A stretch of DNA of 64,000 nt from Felis catus (Eukaryota), in assembly GCF_018350175.1 (NCBI RefSeq), contig NC_058368.1, positions 218,738,001 to 218,802,000 of the forward strand, read 5' to 3'. A program made the position numbers and the translations under genes. Under the pieces are notes generated by a model. It was not told the origin of the DNA. It saw nothing but the letters and a program-made list of their open reading frames with translations, and did not search any database. Below, in pieces: positions 52,780 to 64,000 of the stretch (its first letter is position 1; each line of letters opens with the position of its first letter).

Positions 52780-53062
52780 TCCCAGCTCATAGGGAGCAAG
52801 GAATCAAGAATCTTATTCCTACAGCCTGTAGGACTGGATTCCTCCAATGACCTCAGTGAGCTTGGAAGCAGATACACCCAGGGTCTCTTGATAAGAGCCC
52901 AGCAGGCCAACATCTTGATTTCCACCTTGTGAAATTTGAAATGGAGCATTCAGCTGAGCCAACCTGTACTTCTGACCTGCAGAACTGGGAGGTAATAAAT
53001 GTGTATTGTTTTAAGCCAGAGTTTGTCGGACGTGTTACAAGAGTGATAAAAAGCTAATACAA
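52780..53062 (+). mobile_element. MaLR LTR 3' part (MLT1D-like)
   Basis: GAGCTTGGAAGCAGAT...CTTCTGACCTGCAGAACTG...AATAAATGTGTATTGTTTTAAGCC...AAGCTAATACA. Confidence 0.8.
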
Positions 53063-53848
53063 ATGGCTCCAAGGTATCAAAATGGGGGGGGGGGGGTGGT
53101 ATAGAAACTCAGCCATAAAAAGACCAGAAAGTCAAACTAAAACATCGTATCTATAAAAATTCTAACCGGACTTGTCTAGAATGTCTAACTAAGGAACTTA
53201 ATTAAGTTCTAGACTGGGGGTTTGATAATTGCTTTAGGCAATAATGGCTGTGTTTATTCCCCACCTCAAACTGGTCGCTAAATTTGAGTTTGATAATTAT
53301 CATCTCATTTCTGCTCCAATATGCATATTGGACATTGGATATTGAGGATAAATTATATAAAAATTTCAGAAAATATATACTGTTTTGTTTTAAAGTACTT
53401 TTCATTTAAAATATTTGATATTTCTATATACATTAGATTTAGAAATCAATATTTTTATTAAATATTAGTTTAGCATCTGGTATATATCAGGCATTTTGTT
53501 AGGTAAAAGAGATATTCAGGGTAATAAAACTTGCTTCTTCAACAATGTACAATATAGTGGTAGAACATCTATATATTGTATGCCTAAGATAAATTCAGAT
53601 GCTTTCATCAATAGGACAGTGGCAACTCACAAAACAGGAAGTATGATGAAGAGAAAAGAAGGACAGGGTCATACGACCCAGTTGTAAATGATGATTCTGA
53701 AATAGTAAGATGTAAAATCTAAGAGAATTATTTCACTTGTTTGTGCCTCAGTTTCTCATCCCAAAGTAGAAATATGACATTTGCTGATTGAATAACTGAG
53801 ATTATTAGCTATAATAAAGGTAAAGGGCTTAAAAAATTAGGAAAAAAA

Positions 53849-54013
53849 GGGGGGTGCCTGGGTGGCTCAGTCAGTTAAGCATCCAACTTTGGCTCAGGTC
53901 ATGATCTCGCGGTTCGTGATTTCAAGCCCTGCATCAGGCTCTGCACTGACAGCTCAGAGCCTGGACCCTGTTTCAGATTCTGTGTCTCCCTCTCTTTCTC
54001 TGCTCCTCCCTCA

Positions 54014-54049
<36 letters not shown>

Positions 54050-54076
54050 GTAAACATTAAAAAAAATTTAAGCAAA
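53849..54076 (+). mobile_element. SINEC inserted in a MIR
   Basis: TSD AATAAAGGTAAAGGGCTTA; upstream MIR core TGTGCCTCAGTTTCTCATC. Confidence 0.95.
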
Positions 54077-57000
54077 AATAAAGGTAAAGGGCTTAGCACC
54101 CTTTTGGCTGCATTGTGATGAGTTTATAAAGAATATCATAATCAGAATGCTTTAGTGATAGTAATAATAGGTATTTTATTTTTCTAGCTTTTGGATCACT
54201 TGATCATGGGAATTCACATTCACATCTTTGAATCAGATTGCAGGTCACTCAAAGGTGGTAGGTTTTAGGTGGATTCATCAATGTGAAAGGCCTCTCTGGC
54301 TGTCTTCCTTAGAGTGGAGTGGCAAGCATACTGTATGTCTAAAAATAAAAGGGCACACACATTCAGATGGCCAAAAGGAAGACTTTGGCAAAATTCACTA
54401 GTTATAATAATCCTAGTAATCTATTTGAGCATATAGCTGCCCAGAAAAAAGACTTTATTTCCCCATCCCAATACCTTGTATACAGGTGGCACCATCTTGA
54501 TTGATATCATACTTATTGTAGACACCAGATGAAGACTTGCTCCCTGATGCACCGAGCACTGACCAGCCAGTGAACTGCCTAGCCAGACTTTAATATTAGA
54601 GAAAAACAAACCTTTATATTATTTAAACTACTGTCATTCTAGGATGTCTATCATTCGCAGCTAAAACTTATCTTACTAGATATATTATTTAGGTATTTTG
54701 TCAAATTGTCTATATTAGAACCAAAAAGAGAAATATTTAAAAGTGATTCCCTGTGTGAAACAAAACCAGGTAAGGGAAAAGTTGGGGGAGGAGACTTCTT
54801 TTTCATTTTAAGATCCTCAGTAAAAATTTGATACTTAAAACTTTAAATATAAGTTATGCTTAGTTATATATTTGTGTATATCTAAAATTTAGTCTTAAAA
54901 CTAAAAACAAAAAAACAAGATACAAAAATAGAAGTAGAGATAGGGCTTATGCATGCTAGAGATCACTGAAACCTGGAAAGCAGCAGACGTGGAAAGATGG
55001 TTCTATTAATTGGATAGAAACATTCTTACCATCAGTTCTGTAAACTAAGAAGAAATATTATAGGGGAGTTGGGCAGCCAAAGAAAGGCCCTTTAATAGAA
55101 ATTTTATATTTTGGTTAACCCAGTATCATGAATTCCTTCCTACCTGAGATGATAGATCTGTGTGTATTTATTATTGTAATGGAGGGCCCCATCCCTCTCT
55201 GTGGAAAGCTGTGAGGAAGAACATATACAGTAAAACTTTGGACTGCGAGTAACTTGAGTAACTTGTTTTGCGAGTGTTCCACAAGACAAGCAAACAGTTC
55301 TAAAAATTTTAAGTTGATAAATGAACAATGTGTTGCAATATGAGTAGTACATGTCACATGATCACAGTGGAGCCAATGGTTCTTGAAATTCACTTTGATA
55401 TACCAGTGTTTTGGATTACAAGCATGTTTCCAGAATGAATTATTCTCACAAACCATGGTTTAACCGTATTCCCTTTGCTTTTCTTCCTGGCAACAATTAT
55501 ACGGCAGCATAAGTTTGAACTTTCATGACTGTTTCTTTGAACTTTGAAAGAATGATAGGAGAAATAATGCTATGGCTGGTAGAGGTGCTGAGGGTCTAGA
55601 AACAGTGAAACAAATTGTGACTTTTTCCTCAGACTGAGCAAGAAGTACAATTATGGTTGCGTTGGTGGTTGTAACCTGCATTCTTCTTGTTAATTTTCTG
55701 AAATTCCTATACCTTTCCATTACATTCACTCTCTGACTAATTTAGTCACAGATAATTTCTGATTTTGTATGATAAACTTTGCTTGGTAATCTATCTCTCT
55801 AATTAAATTCCATGCCACTCACTTCTCATTCTCATTCAGCATAGCAGGCCTATTTTCTGATCCTTGAACACAGCTCACATCTTTCAGCCACAGGTAATTG
55901 GAAAATGCTTCTCCTCTGCCTAAGTGTATTTTCCCACAAAGTTTTGCTTGATTGTTTACAGTCAGATCTCCTCTCAGAGACAGAATTTCCCGGCCTTTAC
56001 TCCTATTACTTAGAGTCAAATAAAAATTACTCTATTATATATTTATATGTTTGTATTTGCAGTTACGTTTAGTTGGCTTTTTAATTTTTAGCCTTTCTTT
56101 CCCATTAAAATATAAGCTGTCTGAGACCTGGGGCCTCGTATGGCTTGATCATGGCTCTCTCTGTCAGCCAAGTAACCCAGAATGACTCCTAATGTAATAT
56201 TTTCTAAAGGAAAAATAAAAATGTAATTCAAAGAAAAAAACTAAATTTGGATAAAAAGTTATACCAGAGGAATCTATATGATTTTTGAAAATATGCTTAT
56301 TTAGCTCTGAGTTTTCTAAGTATTTGCTTTTATTTTAACATTGATATCTGTCGTTACATGCTTTTTCTGCTCTAATTATATAATATTTGTCATTTTATAC
56401 CCTTATTTAATGGTTAGTTTGGTTCTATAAAGATTTGCCTGAGACAGTATAGGATGAGTTACTGCGATGAGCACAGACTAGATCAAGGGAGCTGGGGAGT
56501 GGTAGCCAGGGGTGAGTCAAATAGGTGACTCCAAAAGTCAAGGTTAGTAAAAACTCCAAACCATGAATCTGTTCTGAGGGGAGGTAAAACAAAAACAAAC
56601 AAACAAAAATTAGAGTGCCCTATGCTGGGAAAGAAAGGCTTATTAAAGCTTAAATGGAAGTTATTGGTGGGAAAACATTAGATTACGATTGTTCTCTTAA
56701 GTTCCTAGGCTAAACTTGACCACCTTTGGTCAACCAAGGTAATTGTTGAGCAATTTGTCAGGGCAGTACTGCCCCCAATTTCACGTGCCATTATTTCAGT
56801 CCAAACTACTTCCCCTTTGGACATAGTGTTCAATGTCAGTTCAGAAGGTTTATCTGGAAAGATCATTCTGTGGGTCAGAACAATACATTTGGGGATCAAC
56901 TTCAAGGACATTCTGTACTTCAGACTGAAAATTCACACCTTATTCTGTTCCCTATCTAAGTTATATTTAATCACTATGATGGAAATAATACACAAGAGGT

Positions 57001-57642
57001 TTTTCAGTGAGAATAAATGGTAACGTTAAGATAAAATTCATAGGCACTCCAAAATATCAAAATCATGCCCTCTTGAAATTTAAAGTTCAAAGATATTAAA
57101 GTACAAATGTAGCAGAGGTTGAATTTTTTTTTTTTACCTTTTGACTGTTATAAGTTCAATATGTGAAACCCTGAAGTTGAAATAAACTACAAACAACAAG
57201 GATTGAAATGACATCCTTGAGCAAGGAAATGATCTTGATTTGTGGACGAAAGTGGATCGCTCGTTTCAACCAAGCACTAATGATCTAAGACTAGAAACTC
57301 TGCAGGATTTTGTAGTGCATGGTAATTCAGCTGCTGAGCAGTTTAAAAGCATCAAATGATCTTTTGCCAAACCACCCAATGCTCAGAAGCCTTTCTGCAG
57401 CCCCTGGTACTCTCTCTCTCTAATTTTTGCCTCAGCTAGAAATGCTCATGCAGACCTCTAAAGCTAAGAATTCTCAGACATTCATGCTGTTCCTCTGGCA
57501 TTTTCCCACTCTACGATGTCTCTGTAGAAACTACCACTTACCTGGAGGTCCCACCATGTTTGGTTTTCAAAAGAACCCAAAAGAAAGTTTCATCTTCCCC
57601 ACTGGAATTCTTAATGAAATGGGAATAAAATAAAGGAGAATC

Positions 57643-58681
57643 TGTTGAACTAAAATCACTGTTATTGCTGACAAGGACAAGTTGGAGGTTTTAGCCCAGA
57701 ATTAGGAAGACTACCCCTGCACACTTCAGTCCCACAGGGAGGTGATGCAGGTAAACCATAGGGAGATCCTGTAGCTGGAAGCCATTAAAACTTAAGAAGA
57801 CCAAAGTTAAGACAGAGTTAAACATGCCAGATAACTCAATCACGCATTTGCAAACCAATTATCACTTCATCTCCCCATGTGTGTACGGTAAGAGAACAGA
57901 GAGAATCTGAATTGTTCATGGGGGAGCAATTTCCACATGCTTTTTCAATTAAGCTTTAACCATTTAGAAATTCTCTCCAATATCACCAGTTAGCTTTGCT
58001 ACACCCTAAATTGTTATGTAGTAGCTAGATGTGAGCAGTGGAAGGAACATCCACACGTAGTGTCCCAAGTCCTTGAAGTGAAATGATAGAGACATGAGCT
58101 AGAGGCAAGGACAGTAATATATATACATTAAAACCCAGGGGGCACAACATCCTGACCTGTGGCTTCCAAGACCTTGGGCCTGATACATCAAGAGCCACAA
58201 GTGCAGAGCATGCTCTCTCCTCTTCCACCTCTGCCCCAGAGTAACCTCTAGACTCATCGTACTGTGTTTGCATTGCAGTTGTAGACCCCACCACCACCAT
58301 CATGGAGAAAGACTGCCGAGATGGTTCTGGGTACAAACCTTGTAGGGTCAAAAATTCCTCCTCCCAACCTGTGGGAGGAGTCCCCCAAATGATTGGAAAC
58401 AACCTTAATAGAGACCACCTCACTGTATCTCACAGCTCCTCCCAGCCCACAGAAGCCCAATAATATCCAATCCCCAAACAACCTAAGGGCCTGTTCTACC
58501 TCCTGGAACCTGACTGCACTCCCACCTTGACAATGTACTTTCACTTTAAAAACTGCTTTGTCCTTGCTACTTTCCTTCTGGCTGTCTTGATTTGAGTGCA
58601 GATCCCCATGTAAACCATCTTGTGGGGAATCCAAGGACCAAGACCTCCATTCACCCAAGGCAGACTCTCTCACCAATAACA
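57643..58681 (+). mobile_element. Probable solo ERV LTR, about 1.04 kb
   Basis: TGTTG...AATAACA termini, near-TSD AATC/AAAC, U5-like ATGTACTTTCACTTT...CTCTCTCACCAATAACA. Confidence 0.45.
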
Positions 58682-59019
58682 AAACCACAACAATATATAA
58701 TAAAATATAAAAGAGAAACTAAGGTGGCATTTATCTGGGCTCCATGAAAATTTACACATAAACATATACGTATATGACTTATCACATTAACTTTAGCTAT
58801 GTCAGGTGTTTCAATAAGCATGCATAAATCTCAAAAAATGATATTTATGTGACAATGATTATGTTAAGTAGCATAGCCCATATTAAAAAGTTCATACACA
58901 CATGTATACGCCTATGTATATAATACCTCAATGTGTACTTAGGAGTATACAGATATTTATTGTGTTTCACTCTTGTCCTATTTAATATCTATCTATTCCA
59001 TACACCTTAGAAAGAAGTT

Positions 59020-59066
<47 letters not shown>
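59020..59066. repeat. (CA)n microsatellite, about 23 units
   Basis: Direct inspection. Confidence 0.97.
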
Positions 59067-59068
<2 letters not shown>

Positions 59069-59312
59069 GCCCCTTCCTTAATTTGAATAGTACAATCTGA
59101 CCATTTCTATTTTGCTGTGTTCCACTTATTGTTTTTAATTACTGAGCCAGTTTCATGAGCCTGTAATAGCTTATACGCATCAGCAGATACCTCTCGTCAA
59201 ATGATAAGTATACAAGTATTTCCATCTTAAAATTAATATGTAAATTTCAGGGGGACATTCTATTTTTGATATTTCAGCTTTTCCATTTTCACTTTAAAAA
59301 TATCTAAATAAA

Positions 59313-59481
59313 GGGGCGCCTGGGTGGCTCAGTCATTTAAGCCTCTGACTTTTGATTTCTGCTCAGGTTGTCACCTCAGGGTTGTGGGATCGAGATCTGT
59401 GTCTGGCTCCACTCTGAGCTTGGAGCCTGCTTGGGATTCTCTTTCCCTTTCCCTCTGCCCCTCCCCAACTCATGTGTGCGT

Positions 59482-59529
<48 letters not shown>

Positions 59530-59567
59530 ACACAGTCTCTCTCTCTCTTTCAATAAATAAATATTTT
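59313..59567 (+). mobile_element. SINEC with internal (CA)n expansion
   Basis: GGGGCGCCTGGGTGGCTCAG head; TSD about ATATCTAAATA. Confidence 0.93.
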
Positions 59568-60588
59568 AAAAATATATCTAAATATGTATATTGTTCAAAT
59601 AGCAACAGTTCTGTATTAAAATTTCACTCACCAGTTACTGAGGTATTTTTCTTAGTGTTGATAAGAAATATCTATCTTTTCAATTATAATTAAAATTTAG
59701 ATTTGTCATTTACAATATGAATACATAAATAGCAAGAATTACATGAAAAAACTACTTATCCTTGTTATATTTCTTTTAATGTGCAGAAAATGCAAGCTTT
59801 ATTGTCTAGGAAAGAAAATCTTGTGTTGATGGTTGTAACTAAATACAATATTATTTAAAAACATAAATTGCCATATGATTTACATACATGAGTTTTCAAA
59901 TTAGGAGAAATTATATTTTGGTTTTTTAAAAGAGTTTCTTAATTTTGCTAATGCTAAATTCTTTAGTTTTATAAGCAGATAGAAATGTAACGTTAAAAAA
60001 AAAGTACGGAATAAAACAGCATATGATTCTAATTCTCAACAGATATGCCTTAATAAAATTGGAAGTTATTTATAGACAACAAATATATAACTGTAAAACA
60101 AACTCTTGAAATTATTTAAATAGAGAGCATAAAATTCTGCAGCTGAGAGATGTAAAAGTGATAACGAAATTTAGATGAAAAATAACCAAAAAATGTGATT
60201 TAGTTATTATCATGAATATAATTTGTAACAGTCTGACAAGTGCAATCATGATAAATACATATAGAAGAGTTGAAAATATTGGGCATAGATTTTTCTATAG
60301 CAATGGAAATAGTGCACACATATTTTGTTGTTTAGATATCTTAATTTAAGAAGACAGACATGTTTCTTTGAATTTAAAAGCTAACTTTTTACAAATGGAC
60401 TGATGGTTCAAGTTAATTTATGTATATTTTTTAACTGATGTTATCACATTGATATATAAGCTGCAAAGTAAGTTCTCTAAAATTGAATCTGTACTAACAG
60501 GGATGACAGAACTGATTTAACTTTTCAGTTTCTACTTTTAAATGAATGTGTTTACCCAGAGGAAAAAATATATATTACACAGGAAATT

Positions 60589-60795
60589 TATATCTATATC
60601 TGTATCTATATCTATATCTATATCTATATCTATATCTATATCTATATCTATATCTATATCTATATCTATATCTATATCATCTATATATCTATATCTATAT
60701 CTATATCTATATCTATATCTATATCTATATCTATATCTATATCTATATCTATATATCTACATCTATATCTATATCTATATCTATCTATATCTATC
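60589..60795. repeat. (TATATC)n hexamer array, about 200 bp
   Basis: Direct inspection; few interruptions. Confidence 0.97.
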
Positions 60796-61849
60796 CTTCA
60801 GCCTTTCATTCTCTGAGCCTCATTTTTCAAAGGGGATGATGCTCTGATTAATTAATATATTTTAACGTAATAATTGCCAAATATTTCCAGAATGGAACAC
60901 AATAATTGTGATTTAAAAATAAATGAGTAAAGTAAATTTCACTCTACAGGCTGTCAGCCATTTATACTTTATTGGATGTATTAGTCCCAGGGTCTAAAAA
61001 AGTCGGAGATGCCTTTTCTGTGATGTATAACAGTGTTCAGGGAATGAAAGAACAGAGGGTCAAGGGAAGTGAGGTGCATCTCACATACTCTCCTTCACAA
61101 TCCTGAAAAGAGCAGAAATCTATCAAGAGAAATATGATCGAAGAGATGGATATAAGAGCACTTGACTTTTGAGAGAACCTGCAGAGTGTGTGGTTCCAGA
61201 GGAGATTTGAGTAACTATTTCTGTCTGTAATAAGAGCAAGTCCTGAGAGGTGACATTTGAATGGCAGGTCTCCACTCCTCAGTTCCCTAAAAGCAGCTAA
61301 TGCAGAACAATGAAGAAATGTTTGCTTTTCTTGAATCACTTCATAGATGCCTCTTTCATACTCAGAAAATGTGGTGATTCTTTTTAGTGGATTTCACTGC
61401 ATATATGATCAAATAAGTCCTGGATCGCATGTCAGTTATGGAGCCATCCATTATTTTGATGGAATTGAAAAGATTGATGAAACAAATATATTTTATTTGG
61501 CCAAGGTTCTGCTTGTTTTATCTTAACACTCAATTTAATTAACCACATTTCCTTTTTATCTTTTGTATTATAAAATAGTTTAAATATACAGGAAATTAAG
61601 ACATTAAAATGATTTTTAAATTCCACTTGCTTACAACAAAACCACTGCTTAAGGAGTGAAAGATTTAGTGAGGGAGAGTCTAAATTCTGCTATAAACTTT
61701 GCCCAAATCTCCAGCTGACTCCGAGGTCAAATTTAGACTAAAAGAATCCAATTTATATTTTATACACCGCACGTGAGATCTTTCAATTTCAGAAATATTA
61801 ACTATCTATGCAAAATTATTATTCCTTAGGTGAACCCAGAATCTAGAGT

Positions 61850-62650
61850 GCCTGCAACGTATCACAATATCACAGGATAATAAAAATTATTTAACATAAG
61901 AAAAAAGGAGAGCATAAACCCTGATCAAAGGATAATACAATCAAGATGATCCAGACTTGAGAATCAGTTGATGAGAATATTAAAATTGTCATTAGGAAGA
62001 AGCAAATTATACTGGTAAAAATACACAGGAAATCTCTGCAGAAATCTACAATTATAATAACCCAATGGAAATTTTAGAGCCAGAAAACTATAATATCTGA
62101 AATTGAAAAAGAAAAACTGTTTGAACAAAAGACTGCTTGAAAGAATGGAAGGGAAAGAAGAATCAGTCAACTACAGTTAAAGCAAGAGAAATTATCTATT
62201 TTGAGGAAGAGTAAAAAAAAAAAAAGTTTTCAAAAGCAAAGTTGAACAGAGCCCTCAGGAAAATAGCAAATAGTCAAAAATGTTTGAAATCAGAGGTGCC
62301 TGGGTGGCTCAGTCAGTTGAGCGACCAACTGTGGCTCAGGCCATGATCTCACGGTTTGTGAGTTCAAGCCCCGCATCAGGCTCTGTGCTGACAGCGCAGA
62401 GCCTGGAGCCTGCTTCCCATTCTGTGTCTCCCTCTCTCTCTGCCCCTCCCCCACTCATGCTCTGTCTCTCTATGCCTCAGAAATAAATAAACATTTAAAA
62501 TTTTTTTAAAAAAAAATGTTTGAAATCAGAGTTTCAGGAGGGAGAAAATGAAATAAAAAAAAGGAAGAAGGAAAGAAATGATGCTTGATATTTTCTCCAA
62601 TTTGGTAAACAGCTTAAATTTATGGGTTCATAACACAGAGAGCCCTGAAT

Positions 62651-62693
<43 letters not shown>

Positions 62694-62920
62694 TTATCAT
62701 AGTCTATTTGCTTAAAAATGATAAAGATAACATCTTTAAAGTATATGAAGGGAGGGAGAACATATTGCAATGAGTGACAATTTAAAAACACTATTGACTA
62801 TTGACTTACCAGAAAAGATGAGCTTCAGAATACAATATCTTAAAGTGCAAGGTAAAATATAAATAGAGAGTTCTTATCGGTGAACATATACTTCATGAAT
62901 GGTCAATAAAAACATTTGTA
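61850..62920 (+). mobile_element. Old L1M ORF1-region remnant
   Basis: CCAATGGAAATTTTAGAGCCAGAAAACTATAATATCTGAAATTGAAAA pattern typical of L1 ORF1. Confidence 0.65.
62295..62511 (+). mobile_element. SINEC
   Basis: TSD AAAAATGTTTGAAATCAGA. Confidence 0.95.
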
Positions 62921-63038
62921 GTTTAAAAATAAGATTTATTTTTTGTTTGAATGTCTTCACTAAAACAATTGTTATAGCATGTTTTTCCATCTAGAGGGAA
63001 ATTACTTAGAAAGCTTTTAAAATTTTACATATTTTCTT

Positions 63039-63265
63039 GGGGCGCCCGAGGTGGCTCAGTTGGTTGAGCATCCGACTTCAGCTCAGGTCATGATCTCACG
63101 GTTCATGAGTTCTAGCCCCACATCAGGCTCTGTGCTGAAGGCTCAGAGCCTGGAGCCTGCTTCGGATTCTGTGTCTCCCTCTCTCTCTCTGCCCCTCCCC
63201 CACTCATATTCTGGCTTTCTCTCTCTCTCAAAAATAAATAAACATTTAAAAAAGTTTTAAAAAAT
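63039..63265 (+). mobile_element. SINEC
   Basis: TSD AAAATTTT(A/C)CATATTTTCT. Confidence 0.95.
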
Positions 63266-63429
63266 AAAATTTTCCATATTTTCTCTCTACTATTTATTTA
63301 TAATTATTTATTTATGTAGTATATATTTTGAATCTTGAATGAATGGAATCAACAGTTTAAAAAAATTGTGGCCTAGTACATGGAAAAACTTCAAACTCTT
63401 CCAGGTTTTTTTAAAAATTATTATGTTTT

Positions 63430-63614
63430 GGGATGCCTGGATGTCACAGTCTGTTGAGCTTCAGGCCTGCTTTTGGATCATTATCTCATGGTTCTTGAGT
63501 TTGAGCCCCACATCAGGCTCACTCCTGTCAGCATAGAGCCTGCCTGCCATCATCTGTCCCCTTTCTGACCCTCCCCCTGTTCACACACTCTCTGTCAAAA
63601 ATAAACTTTTAAAT
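63430..63614 (+). mobile_element. SINEC (older)
   Basis: TSD AATTATTATGTTTT. Confidence 0.9.
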
Positions 63615-64000
63615 AATTATTATGTTTTAGATAATTATAGATTTATATGAAGTTATAAGAAATAACATAGAAATATTTTATGGCTATTTGCCCAGGTCCC
63701 CCAATAGCAACATATTGCAAAACCCAATACAATATCAAAATCATGTTCCTGACATTGTTAAAGAGTGTTTCCATTACTACAAGGAAACCTCATGTTGTCT
63801 TATAGATATATTCACTTCACTTTTCCATACTCTTTCAGTCCTTTACCATGGCAACCACTAATCTGTTCTCCATTTCAAAATGTTATGTAAATAGGATTAC
63901 ACAGAATAAAATCTTTTGGGATTGACTTTTTTTTTCTTTTACTCTCTATGATTCTCTAGAAAACAATTCAAGTAGTTGTATTTCAACAGTACCTTTAGTA
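63615..64000 (-). mobile_element. Old L1 3' end (L1MB-like), runs off the window
   Basis: GGCAACCACTAATCTGTTCTCCATTTC...AATGTTATGTAAATAGGATTACACAG. Confidence 0.8.

Noticed and set aside
58025..58688. Longest ORFs (132 and 144 aa)
   Set aside because: GTG/TTG starts, overlapping, inside a probable LTR, no known domain
61089..61102. 14-nt minus-strand microexon candidate (TTTTCAG|GATTGTGAAGGAGA|GTATGT)
   Set aside because: Only motif-level support; too likely by chance

Overview
AT-rich mammalian genomic DNA, very likely felid (cat-like): it carries about 28 carnivore tRNA-derived SINEs (CanSINE/SINEC), including the young felid SINEC_Fc type. It reads as gene desert or large intron. I recognise no protein-coding gene, RNA gene or CRISPR array, and the ORF track is explained by SINEs, microsatellites, L1/LTR debris and chance. 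Much of the window is repeats: SINEC, old L1 (L1MC/ME-like) and carnivore L1 3' ends, MaLR MLT1 LTRs, an ERVL pol remnant, a Tigger2-like element, MIR/L2 and many microsatellites. The most notable items are (1) a young solo gammaretroviral-type LTR (8389-8876, TATT target-site duplication) with a 4x49-bp U3 enhancer-like array and intact promoter/polyA motifs; (2) a 31-bp locally templated copy (39690-39720 = 41878-41908) sitting between two microsatellites; (3) a head-to-head SINE pair only 39 bp apart (46290-46765); (4) a non-repeat block at 10.8-11.35 kb that looks like a minus-strand terminal exon or decayed retrocopy, with speculative upstream exons. I cannot support a clearly new biological system from the sequence alone. 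Repeat family names are from memory of consensus sequences and need RepeatMasker/Dfam confirmation.
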